DNA from: Candidatus Hodarchaeota archaeon
GTDB lineage: Archaea > Asgardarchaeota > Heimdallarchaeia > Hodarchaeales > Hodarchaeaceae
DNA: 21,882 nt
Assembly: GCA_016840035.1 (NCBI GenBank)
Contig: JAEOTC010000160.1
Coordinates: 1-21,882, forward strand
Reading direction: 5' to 3'
The notes below the pieces were generated by a model. That model was not told the DNA's origin, made no database searches, and saw nothing but the letters and a program-made list of their open reading frames with translations. A program made the position numbers and the translations under genes. Shown here piece after piece: positions 8,050 to 16,571 of the stretch; position 1 is the first letter of the stretch, and each line of letters opens with the position of its first letter.

Positions 8050-9489
8050 CTATTTTTTTCCTGATGATAAATATTCTGAAGAGAGCTTGTCTAATTCTTT
8101 TGATCTACTAGCATCTAACTCGACTTGTGGAGGTTTTGCTAAGAGATTATTGATTTCTAGCCTTGCTCTTTTCCGAGAAGATAGTGATCCTGTACTCTTC
8201 CACTGATCACGGGTCATTCTAGCAAGAATTGGACTTGGAAAAAAGAGTTCTTTACGGAACAATTGAAGAGTAGAGGGATGTGATAATAATTCGTTCGTTT
8301 GATCATAATCTTTCAAAATGTCTTCTGCAAACGGAGAACCATAGTCATGTATTCCTTCTACAAATCGTTTTACCATACCTGCAATCTCATTATCGATAAG
8401 AAGTTTTTCAATTGATTGACAAGATTCGAAATCAAGCATTCCGGGGCCTGAAATCATATTTATTCCAGTTAATCCTGCTAATAATGCACCCATCCCAGCT
8501 TCTAAGCCAGCTTGAGCATCAGGAATTTTGGAATCACTCAAACTCATATAAGCATGAGTGGGTAGATTCAAAAATTTGCCCATTTCAGCATCCCCAATGT
8601 CAATCATCATCGTCTCGATTGCCCCCATAGGGGTTGTACCATGTTTCATGTCCATCACTGCGGGAGAACCTCCCCAGATAATTGGTGCACCTTTTTTTAC
8701 TAATTGGGAGATTACAACTCCAGCTAAAGATTCCGCACAATGTTGAGTAATAGATCCTATTAAAGTAATGGGGGCATTTGCTCCTGACATGGGCATACTG
8801 ATAAATTCAGAAGGTATCATTCTTTCCGCAGCATCAATAACCGATTGGGTTGTTAAATCCGACCATGAAAGTGGAGGAGAGGGGCAGGCATCAAAGATAG
8901 CTAATGGTTTCTCGGCTAAATCCTTTTCAGAAGTTCGACATGTTAGCAATAGCTCATTCATTATAGAAAAACTTTCTTTCCTGAATGTTCCTGTCACGAT
9001 TGGCTTTCGACTATACTTAAGTGTAGTGTACAATCGATGCCAGTCCTGAGCATCTTTTGGTACATCAGAATACACTAAAGATGTGCTCTGGGCTTCAATG
9101 TTTGCTAATTGGTCAACTATCTGAGTAAATCGAATAAAATCTTGGTGGAGAGGTTCCCTAATTTCACCTGTCTTTTCATCCAGAATGAAAATCGCTGCTG
9201 ATCCAGGATCAAAGTGAATCTTATCTTCCTTAAGGAATAGATTGGGATTCCCTTCACGATCATACATTGTGATTTCATGAGGGGGATAAGTGAGACATTT
9301 TTTCACTAAGTCAGAGGGAATGAAATAGCGTTGATTTTGATTTGGTACTCCCACTTCCTTAAGAAGAGTCTCAGCATTTTTATTTTCTATTAAAACCCCT
9401 AAAGATTCAAGGATATGAGTTGCTTCTTCAAAAATTTTCTTTTTATATTCCTCATTGAGTAATGTAACCTTTGGTCTTAGAATTCCCAT
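8050..9489 (-). CDS. Trimethylamine methyltransferase (MttB) superfamily protein, non-pyrrolysine type
   Basis: SPPLSW, MPMSGANAPITL.G, AE.LAG...Q....GAP, MDMK.G, G..E, SDSK.PDAQAG.E, GPGML and EKLLIDNE motifs. Uninterrupted 479-aa frame, with Leu (TTG, 8539-8541) at the position aligning with Pyl. Confidence 0.92.
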   Translation of the reverse strand: MGILRPKVTLLNEEYKKKIFEEATHILESLGVLIENKNAETLLKEVGVPNQNQRYFIPSDLVKKCLTYPPHEITMYDREGNPNLFLKEDKIHFDPGSAAIFILDEKTGEIREPLHQDFIRFTQIVDQLANIEAQSTSLVYSDVPKDAQDWHRLYTTLKYSRKPIVTGTFRKESFSIMNELLLTCRTSEKDLAEKPLAIFDACPSPPLSWSDLTTQSVIDAAERMIPSEFISMPMSGANAPITLIGSITQHCAESLAGVVISQLVKKGAPIIWGGSPAVMDMKHGTTPMGAIETMMIDIGDAEMGKFLNLPTHAYMSLSDSKIPDAQAGLEAGMGALLAGLTGINMISGPGMLDFESCQSIEKLLIDNEIAGMVKRFVEGIHDYGSPFAEDILKDYDQTNELLSHPSTLQLFRKELFFPSPILARMTRDQWKSTGSLSSRKRARLEINNLLAKPPQVELDASRSKELDKLSSEYLSSGKK

Positions 9490-9500
9490 TTAACTACATC

Positions 9501-10385
9501 CTAACGACTATCAATTAACGTTCTAATTTTTCGTATGTGAGTAGGTGTTGTGCCACAACAACCACCGACAATTTTTACTCCAAGATCGATCATCTGACCG
9601 ATATCATTTACATAATCCTCAACAGGTTGATCATAAAGAGTATTTCCTCCAGAAAGACGAGGTTGACCTGCATTCGGTTTTGCTGAAATCGGGATATCTG
9701 TCAGATTTACTAGCTCTTTTATGAGTTCAATCATCTGATCAGAACCCAATGTACAATTTGTTCCAATAACATCCACTTTTTCCTCCTCCAGCTTAGTAAC
9801 GCACGTTTCCACCGAATCTCCCATTATGGTGAAAAAACCTCGCGTTTTGGTTTTCCGATAGGTCATGGATGCGATAATTGGCTTTTCAGACACTTCTTTA
9901 ATTCCCTGAATAGCGGCAGACATTTCTTGAAGGTCAGATATCGTTTCAATATGCCATAAGTCAATACCTGGAGCTAAAATTTTAGCTTGTTTTTGAAAAC
10001 CCGCTTTCCACATGTCTCCCGATGCATTTCCAACAGGAGGTCTAAATTCACCAGAGGGACCAATATCTCCTACAATTAAGTTTTCTTCAGAAGGTAAAAT
10101 GGCTTTTATATTATTAATAGCTTCAACATTAATCTTTTGATATAGATTGCTAATATTATGCCTATTTAAACTTACAACATTTGAACTAAAGGTACAAGTT
10201 TGGACCATATCTGATCCAGCATCGTAATAACTAGCTAAAACCTTCTTTACAACCTCAGGATTTTCAATATTAAGTAAATCAGGGATTTTTCCTGGTTCCA
10301 AGTCTCTATTCATTAACTGTGTACCCATGGCACCATCAAAAAGAATTATCTTTGATTTATCTTCTAACCAGTTGGTAAAAAGCAT
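9501..10385 (-). CDS. Homocysteine S-methyltransferase domain protein (stand-alone MetH Hcy-binding module)
   Basis: FDGAMGTQL, YYDAGSD, GDIGPSG, IETI.D..E, GTNC, KPNAGQP and VGGCCGTTP.HI, giving all three Zn-binding Cys. No pterin-binding domain follows. Confidence 0.94.
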   Translation of the reverse strand: MLFTNWLEDKSKIILFDGAMGTQLMNRDLEPGKIPDLLNIENPEVVKKVLASYYDAGSDMVQTCTFSSNVVSLNRHNISNLYQKINVEAINNIKAILPSEENLIVGDIGPSGEFRPPVGNASGDMWKAGFQKQAKILAPGIDLWHIETISDLQEMSAAIQGIKEVSEKPIIASMTYRKTKTRGFFTIMGDSVETCVTKLEEEKVDVIGTNCTLGSDQMIELIKELVNLTDIPISAKPNAGQPRLSGGNTLYDQPVEDYVNDIGQMIDLGVKIVGGCCGTTPTHIRKIRTLIDSR

Positions 10386-10408
10386 TAGGGTTTCACATTA
10401 ATCCTTAA

Positions 10409-11056
10409 TTATTGAATCAATTCCTTAACAAGCTTGACTGATTCTACCGCATTTTCTGCATACCCATCAGCCCCACATTCATCAACCCACCCTTGTGTCA
10501 CAGGAGCGCCACCAAAAATTACTTTAAATTTATTCCGAATATTTTTCTGGTTTAAAAGATCAATCACTTTTTTCTGGTTTACCATAGTCGTGGTTAACAA
10601 TGTTGACACTCCTATAATATCTATATCCCCTTTAATAGCTTCATCAACAATTTTTTCAGCCTTTACATCTGTTCCCAAGTCAACAACTTGAAATCCATTT
10701 GCTTTTAGCATTGTAGCCACGATCGTTTTCCCAATAGAATGAATATCACCTTCGATTGTAGCTAGTAGAACTTTACCTGAAGATTGACGTTCTGAACCTG
10801 ATGACTGCAAACCCGGGGTAATTATGTCAACAGCTTTTTCCATAATTTGAGCTCCAGACATCAATTCCGGAAGAAAGAATTCTCCTTCATCCCAAAGATC
10901 TCCTACTTTTCGAATACCTTCACCAAATCCTTTCTCAATCACTTGTAAAAGATCCATACTTTCATCAAGAGCTTGATTCGCTAAATGAACAGCTTTTTCT
11001 TGATCTAAGCTTACAATGGAATTCGCCATTTCTCTATAAATTTCTTCTGTATCCAT
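10409..11056 (-). CDS. Methyltransferase cognate corrinoid protein (MttC/MtbC-like)
   Basis: Cap domain F..G...VG.LW..GEFFLPEL, B12 motif GDIHSIGK.IV, S.LLTTTM, and GGAPVTQ.W....GADGYAENA. Confidence 0.95.
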   Translation of the reverse strand: MDTEEIYREMANSIVSLDQEKAVHLANQALDESMDLLQVIEKGFGEGIRKVGDLWDEGEFFLPELMSGAQIMEKAVDIITPGLQSSGSERQSSGKVLLATIEGDIHSIGKTIVATMLKANGFQVVDLGTDVKAEKIVDEAIKGDIDIIGVSTLLTTTMVNQKKVIDLLNQKNIRNKFKVIFGGAPVTQGWVDECGADGYAENAVESVKLVKELIQ

Positions 11057-11099
11057 GGTGAGACATTCTCCTTTTCAGCAATTAAGATCAGATGTTGTA

Positions 11100-11465
11100 T
11101 TAATATCTATAGTTTTCCCAGTTAAAATCAATTTCATGAAGAAAAGATTGGAATTCTAACGCACGACCTTCTGGATCCTTTGCAAAAAAATTGTAGATAT
11201 TGTATTTCGTATTCTTCACTGGTTTAGTGGTAGCCAATTCACATAAACTTTGATAGACCTGGTCAACTTCTTTAGTAGTCTGATAAAAGAATGTTAATAG
11301 TCCATCCATACTGATTTCATCTCTTTCACAAAATCCAAATAGAAAATTATCATGTTTGAATATTATGCAATCCCCTTGATCTATCCAAATTTTAGAATTA
11401 AGATTAGAATAAAAATTTTTCATTTTTCCAAGATTTTTTGTCTTTAAGAATAAAATACCAGCCAT
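11100..11465 (-). CDS. VOC (glyoxalase/bleomycin resistance-like) family protein
   Basis: Two beta-alpha-beta-beta-beta-like repeats, 'NL..M..FY', C-terminal FF.KDPEGR.LEF. Strong AGGAGGT RBS upstream (11474-11480). Confidence 0.82.
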   Translation of the reverse strand: MAGILFLKTKNLGKMKNFYSNLNSKIWIDQGDCIIFKHDNFLFGFCERDEISMDGLLTFFYQTTKEVDQVYQSLCELATTKPVKNTKYNIYNFFAKDPEGRALEFQSFLHEIDFNWENYRY

Positions 11466-11535
11466 CCTGTTTTACCTCCTTAGAGAAAGAAAGAAGTTCA
11501 AAAGCCCTTATCAGACAATCGACTGGCAATACAAG

Positions 11536-11548
11536 TTTATAAAGAAAA
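11536..11548 (+). promoter_or_regulatory. Candidate TATA box for the parA/longin-HTH operon
   Basis: TTTATAAAGAAAA. The same 12-mer as at 2349-2360 and at nearly the same distance from the ATG (52 vs 51 nt). Confidence 0.5.
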
Positions 11549-11588
11549 TTCTCAATGACATACATCTAGAAAAAGAGGAAATACTTCA

Positions 11589-12434
11589 ATGAAATCCCTA
11601 TCAATTCTGAGTCATAAGGGAGGAGTGGGAAAAACTTCAATTGCTGCGAATATAGCAGTGCATCTTGCAAAGATAGGCCAAAATGTATGCCTTCTAGATA
11701 CTGATTTTCATGGTCCGTCCATAATAACCTTTTTTAAGAAAAATCCAGAAACAAAATGGCTCAATGATAATTTACTACGGGATGAACCTCTAGAAAATTG
11801 TCTAGAAGATATTTCTCCTCAACTAGAGGTTTCAGGAAGACTATATATCGGATTTGCAGACCCTTCAGCATCAGCGATTGAAACTAACATAAGAATAAAT
11901 GAAAAAATGTCTTTTAAAATGCTCAAGAATTTGATGAAGATTCGAAAAGAACTAGAAAGTCCCCCGTATGAAGTAACATATCTTATACTTGATAGCTCCC
12001 CGGGTACAACTTATAGTACCGTGAATGCTATGATTACGACTGAAACAAGTCTCTTCATTGTTAAACTTAGCAATGCTGATCTACTCGGTACTTCACAAAT
12101 GATTGCTGGTCTTAATAAGCAATTGAAGAGTAAATCCTTGGTCTTAGCGAACCTCATTCCCAAAAGCGTCATTCAAGATGAAGCAATTATATCCCAAATA
12201 CAGTCACTTATCGAGAATAAATTCACTAAAGAAACACAAGATAAGTATGTCGATTTTATTGGTTGGATTCCGATTGATGAATCGTTAATACAAACGGAAT
12301 TCCTTGAAGCAATAAAGACCTTGCAAAATCAAACCTCCTCCAGACTTATTTACACCCTGAAGCAACCAGATCATCCATTCTCTACAACTCTTGTTGAGTT
12401 AATTCCCACGATTTTCGAGGATAACACCAAATGA
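11589..12434 (+). CDS. MinD/ParA family ATPase
   Basis: Deviant Walker A KGGVGKTS, LLDTDFHGPS, Walker B LILDSSPG, LANL, and WIP.D motifs. Confidence 0.92.
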   Translation: MKSLSILSHKGGVGKTSIAANIAVHLAKIGQNVCLLDTDFHGPSIITFFKKNPETKWLNDNLLRDEPLENCLEDISPQLEVSGRLYIGFADPSASAIETNIRINEKMSFKMLKNLMKIRKELESPPYEVTYLILDSSPGTTYSTVNAMITTETSLFIVKLSNADLLGTSQMIAGLNKQLKSKSLVLANLIPKSVIQDEAIISQIQSLIENKFTKETQDKYVDFIGWIPIDESLIQTEFLEAIKTLQNQTSSRLIYTLKQPDHPFSTTLVELIPTIFEDNTK

Positions 12435-13072
12435 TCGTTTATGCCCTCTACATTATAGATGAAGGAGGAAGACCTTTACTTTCTCAGTATTTCCAATCTT
12501 CGGATGATGTCCCGAATGAAGTGCTTTTTGGAGCGTTATTTACTGCATTTAAAGATCTAGCAGCTGATGTCACAACGCAAAAATCCTGGGAAATGAAAAC
12601 TCTTGGAATAGAAAGATTGTTTTATCATACAAAATCATTTGGGCCATTCAATGTAGTGATCGTAACTAATACTCAAAAAGGCCCTGAGAATCTTCTCCAA
12701 ACAATAGGATTACGGTTTATGAAGGAACATCGAGAGGAAATACTCCAAGATTTCCTCGTAGATTTTAGACTTTTTGACCCGTTTAAGGAAATAATTCAAG
12801 AAATGTTTCAGGCAGAAACTCTCGTAGATGAATCAGGGAAATTATCTCCCACCAAGCGATTTAGCGTGGGGGGAATATTTGATTTACCACCAGATCTACA
12901 AACTACTGCGCTAGCATTAATAACATTGGAAGAGGGAACATTGGAAGATATTTCAAAGGAATGTGGGGAAAATCAAGTACAAACTACTAAATCTCTTAAC
13001 TCATTACAAAAAATGGGATTTATAGGAAGAAAAGAAAAAGAGGGTAAGCAATTATTCTTCTACTCAGCTTGA
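12431..13072 (+). CDS. Longin-like N-terminal domain fused to C-terminal winged helix-turn-helix
   Basis: N-terminus YALYIIDEGGRPLLSQYF...LFGALFTAF...FNVVIVT...LLQTIGLRFMKE...F..F has longin/sigma-adaptin/sedlin-like pattern. C-terminus GTLEDISKECG....TKSLNSLQKMGFIGRK..GKQLFFY is a wHTH. ATGA overlap with parA. Confidence 0.68.
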   Translation: MIVYALYIIDEGGRPLLSQYFQSSDDVPNEVLFGALFTAFKDLAADVTTQKSWEMKTLGIERLFYHTKSFGPFNVVIVTNTQKGPENLLQTIGLRFMKEHREEILQDFLVDFRLFDPFKEIIQEMFQAETLVDESGKLSPTKRFSVGGIFDLPPDLQTTALALITLEEGTLEDISKECGENQVQTTKSLNSLQKMGFIGRKEKEGKQLFFYSA

Positions 13073-13141
13073 TGGGATTAACTTCTTACCCAGATCTCGA
13101 GTTTTTTGAAGAGTACTGTTATTTCTCAGTTCTGAAGACTT

Positions 13142-14311
13142 ATGGTAAACTATGCAGTTTTAGGACTCGGACTAATGGGTTCAGCTCTCTGTTACGATAT
13201 TTTAACGTATGATCCCACTTCCCGAGTTTATGGATTTGATAAAGATCCTAAACAAAGAGATCATCAGAAAAAACAACTACAACAATTCAAAGATCGATTT
13301 CAGGTTCAAGATTTAAATTTAGACGAGAAACAACACCAACATTTAGAAAAAATACTGGTAGATAATGAAATTTGTGTTGCTTTTGGTGCTATTGATTATA
13401 GATTTAATTTTTCATTATCTAAGATTTGTATATCAGCAGGATGTAGTTTTGTAGATCTAGGAGGGAATCCTACAGTCGTTCAACAGCAGCAAGGGTTGGA
13501 TAGTGAAGCTATCCATGCTGGTGTAACCATCATACCAGATTTGGGCCTAGCTCCAGGAATGATCAATATAATTGCAGCTTATGCCATGAGAAAGTTTGAT
13601 ACTCTAGAAGAATGCCATCTACGAGTAGGAGGATTACCTCAGGATCCAGAGACTATTCTAAATTACCAACAGGTTTTCGCTATTCGTGGTTTAACAAATG
13701 AATATCTCGAAGATGCTCGAATTATTCGTAATAGAAAGTTAGAAATAATTCCATCACTAACAGAAGTGGAGGAGTTAACATTTCCTGAACCATGGGGCAA
13801 TCTAGAAGCATTTAATACTGCTGGAGGAACATCATCACTTCCTGATCTTTATGAAGGTAAGATAGAGCAATTGACATATAAAACCATACGATATCCTGGT
13901 CACGTTCAATTTTTTATGTTCCTAAAGGAATTCGGTTTGCTTTCAAGCGAAAAATATCCCCCTAATCCTGTGTTATCTCCACGAGAAGTAATAGAATACT
14001 ATTTAGTTCAAAATCTCCCACATAATCAGCCTGATGCAGTATTAGCACGAATCACAGTAATAGGAAAAATCAATAATCAAAAGATTAAGTACGTATATCA
14101 ATTAATTGACCTTTATGACTTGGAAACAGGTTTTTCAGCCATGGCACGAACAACTGCTTTTCCTACGAGTATCATAGGCCAATTTATTGCACATAATGAG
14201 ATTTCAAAGGATGGCGTTATCAAAGGTGAGGAATATGTACCCACCGAGAGACTAATTGAGGAGCTTGAGAAGAGAAAGATTTTTTTTGATTTTCAAGAAT
14301 ATCAAGAGTAA
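13142..14311 (+). CDS. Saccharopine dehydrogenase family protein, probable lysine 6-dehydrogenase
   Basis: GLGLMG Rossmann motif, VDLGG, DLGLAPG, VGGLPQ.P...LNY..VF...GL.NEY, EAFNT.GG, YKTIRYPGH, SAMARTTAFP. Confidence 0.88.
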   Translation: MVNYAVLGLGLMGSALCYDILTYDPTSRVYGFDKDPKQRDHQKKQLQQFKDRFQVQDLNLDEKQHQHLEKILVDNEICVAFGAIDYRFNFSLSKICISAGCSFVDLGGNPTVVQQQQGLDSEAIHAGVTIIPDLGLAPGMINIIAAYAMRKFDTLEECHLRVGGLPQDPETILNYQQVFAIRGLTNEYLEDARIIRNRKLEIIPSLTEVEELTFPEPWGNLEAFNTAGGTSSLPDLYEGKIEQLTYKTIRYPGHVQFFMFLKEFGLLSSEKYPPNPVLSPREVIEYYLVQNLPHNQPDAVLARITVIGKINNQKIKYVYQLIDLYDLETGFSAMARTTAFPTSIIGQFIAHNEISKDGVIKGEEYVPTERLIEELEKRKIFFDFQEYQE

Positions 14312-16410
14312 ACAATTTCAGATTCTAAATGAATATCTTGAGAAGAACTACCTACCAGAATTTTAATCGTGCCCGGGTCTAGATTCCAATCGTGAATATT
14401 TACATCGTAATAAGCAAGATCTTTACCTTTTATCTCAATTTTTACGGTCTTCGTATCATTGGGATCTAAGTGAATTTTTTCGAATCCAATAAGCTCTTTG
14501 AAAGGCCGATCAACCTTAGCTTCGACATCATGTGCATAAACTTGTACAATTTCTGATCCAGAACGGCTGCCAGTATTTGTAATATCCACAGATAGGAAAA
14601 GAGAGTCATTAAGACCCTTTAGCTCATTTTTCTCAAGGGAAAGACTATCATATGAAAAAGTTGTATAACTTAACCCAAACCCGAATGGGAAAAGAGGTGA
14701 AATGTTATATTTCTCAAAATGACGGTAGCCAACAAAGATACCTTCATCATAAAAGACTTTCAAGGATTCTAGATCCCCAGGATACATTTCGGACGACTTA
14801 TGTGCAGGTGAATCTTCAATTTTTTCAGGGAAAGTGATAGGTAATTTTCCAGAAGGGTTGATTTCTCCAAGAATCACCTTTGCAATGGCGTTTCCTGCTT
14901 CCATTCCTCCGTACCATGCTTCTAGAACAGCTGGAACAGATTCGATCCAGTTGTTCATTCCTATTGGACTGCCATTTATCAGTATAACAATTGTTTTGGG
15001 ATTTTGCTTTATAGTATTCTCTATAAGTGCAATTTGTGAATGAGGAAGCTCTAGTTGTGCACGATCTGCTCCTTCGGAATCATGACCATACTTAAGTGCC
15101 TTTTTCCGCTTTAGAAAAGGGATAGGGAAAAATTCCCTTCTACCACCATCTTTATCATGGTTCAATCCCAAAAAAAGGAGAGTTACATCTGCTTTCGATG
15201 GATCTTGAACCAGCTTAACTCTATCAGGAAGGTAATTCTTAATTCCAACTTGAGGAGTAACCTCATATGGAGGTTTAACAGCAGAACTTCCTCCATATAG
15301 TAACTTTCCAAATTTTTTATTTTTATTTGGACCTAGAATTGCAATCGAGTTTATAGATGCGATATCAAGAGGTAAAATACCATTATTCTTTAGAAGAACC
15401 ATTCCCTCTTCTGCAATCTGTCGAGAGAGTGATTGATGGTCATATGAGTTCGTAATCCCTATTGGTAAAGAATCTGGATTATCAAAAACTCCAGTCTTCC
15501 CTGCAACTAAGAGAATTCGTCTAACTGCATCATTAATCCATTCCTCCTCGATTTCATGATTTTGAAGTGCATCATGGAGTAATTTTTTCTTATATTTTCT
15601 ACCAGTAGGCATTTCTAAAGACAAACCAGCCTTTAAACAAGATTTTGGTGTCAATTCATCATGATAGGTAGCCCCCCAATCAGTAACAACAACACCCTGG
15701 AACCCCCACTTTTCAAGAAGAACTTCTCGAATAAGATACGAATTATCGCTACCATAAATGCCATTAACTTTATTATAACAAGTCATCACAAAGTATGGAT
15801 TCGCTTCTTTAATAACAGATTCAAATGAACGTAGATATACCTCATGAAGAGTTCGTTCGTCTATCTCGACACTTATCGTTTTTCGTAATATTTCTTGATT
15901 GTTTACCACAAAATGTTTGATACATGCGCCGATATTTTTATCCTGAACCCCTTTTACGAACTGAATTGCAAATTCTTTAGTGATGTATGGATCTTCTCCA
16001 TAATATTCAAATGTACGACCATTTAAAGGAGTTCGATCAATATTTATTCCTGGCGCAAGTAATACATGTCTCCCACGCGCGCGTACTTCATCAGCAATAG
16101 CTCCTCCAAGCTTATTTGCCAAATCACGGTTCCAAGTGGCAGCTAATGATTTTGTACATGGGAAACGTGTATTCTTTGTTAAACCGCCAGAAAGCATCGA
16201 CACTCCAAAGGGTCCATCGGTCATCCTCATCGATTCCAAACCAACTCGGTTTATAGGAGCAGTATTGAAGATGCGATGACCTGATAATAAGCGAATTTTT
16301 TCATCTAGAGTAAGGCGTTTGAATAAATCTTCCACTCGTTTTTCAACATCTAACTTGTTATTTCGATAAGGAAGATGAGCAATCTCTTGTTTAGAATAAA
16401 TAACGTCCAT
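14302..16410 (-). CDS. Glycoside hydrolase family 3 beta-glucosidase (cytoplasmic, with Fn3-like domain)
   Basis: TDGP.GV, LAATW, LAPGINI.R.PLNGR.FEYYGEDP, KHF, nucleophile VVTDWGA, VLLKN, SEG.DR, WYGG.E.G, NPSGKLP.TFP, FPFGFGLSYT, ELIGFEK. No signal peptide. Start ATG 16410 or TTG 16413. Confidence 0.96.
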   Translation of the reverse strand: MDVIYSKQEIAHLPYRNNKLDVEKRVEDLFKRLTLDEKIRLLSGHRIFNTAPINRVGLESMRMTDGPFGVSMLSGGLTKNTRFPCTKSLAATWNRDLANKLGGAIADEVRARGRHVLLAPGINIDRTPLNGRTFEYYGEDPYITKEFAIQFVKGVQDKNIGACIKHFVVNNQEILRKTISVEIDERTLHEVYLRSFESVIKEANPYFVMTCYNKVNGIYGSDNSYLIREVLLEKWGFQGVVVTDWGATYHDELTPKSCLKAGLSLEMPTGRKYKKKLLHDALQNHEIEEEWINDAVRRILLVAGKTGVFDNPDSLPIGITNSYDHQSLSRQIAEEGMVLLKNNGILPLDIASINSIAILGPNKNKKFGKLLYGGSSAVKPPYEVTPQVGIKNYLPDRVKLVQDPSKADVTLLFLGLNHDKDGGRREFFPIPFLKRKKALKYGHDSEGADRAQLELPHSQIALIENTIKQNPKTIVILINGSPIGMNNWIESVPAVLEAWYGGMEAGNAIAKVILGEINPSGKLPITFPEKIEDSPAHKSSEMYPGDLESLKVFYDEGIFVGYRHFEKYNISPLFPFGFGLSYTTFSYDSLSLEKNELKGLNDSLFLSVDITNTGSRSGSEIVQVYAHDVEAKVDRPFKELIGFEKIHLDPNDTKTVKIEIKGKDLAYYDVNIHDWNLDPGTIKILVGSSSQDIHLESEIVYS

Positions 16411-16526
16411 CAATGATCACTTTTTAAGAAAAAAGGAATATATCGCCAAATCAAGGAAAATAAGCTTTGAAATATTAACATTCACAAAATTATTCAGTTT
16501 GATTCGTTAAAAGACAATCTTCATCT

Positions 16527-16534
16527 AAAAAAAA
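16527..16534 (-). terminator. T-tract downstream of htpX
   Basis: 8 T on the minus strand about 40 nt after the htpX stop. Confidence 0.35.
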
Positions 16535-16571
16535 TTGGAAATTCCCCCTCCCGATAACTGAAATCGGAACG

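Noticed and set aside
7025-10691. Plus-strand ORFs within nadB, mttB and the corrinoid gene (7025-7270, 8412-8630, 8558-8746, 8768-9049, 10434-10691)
   Set aside because: Antisense shadows with no independent evidence.
8050-11056. Reading the MttB + corrinoid genes as evidence of methylotrophic methanogenesis
   Set aside because: No Pyl, and no MtbA/CoM methyltransferase, RamA or mcr genes in the window. The adjacent acceptor module is a homocysteine methyltransferase.
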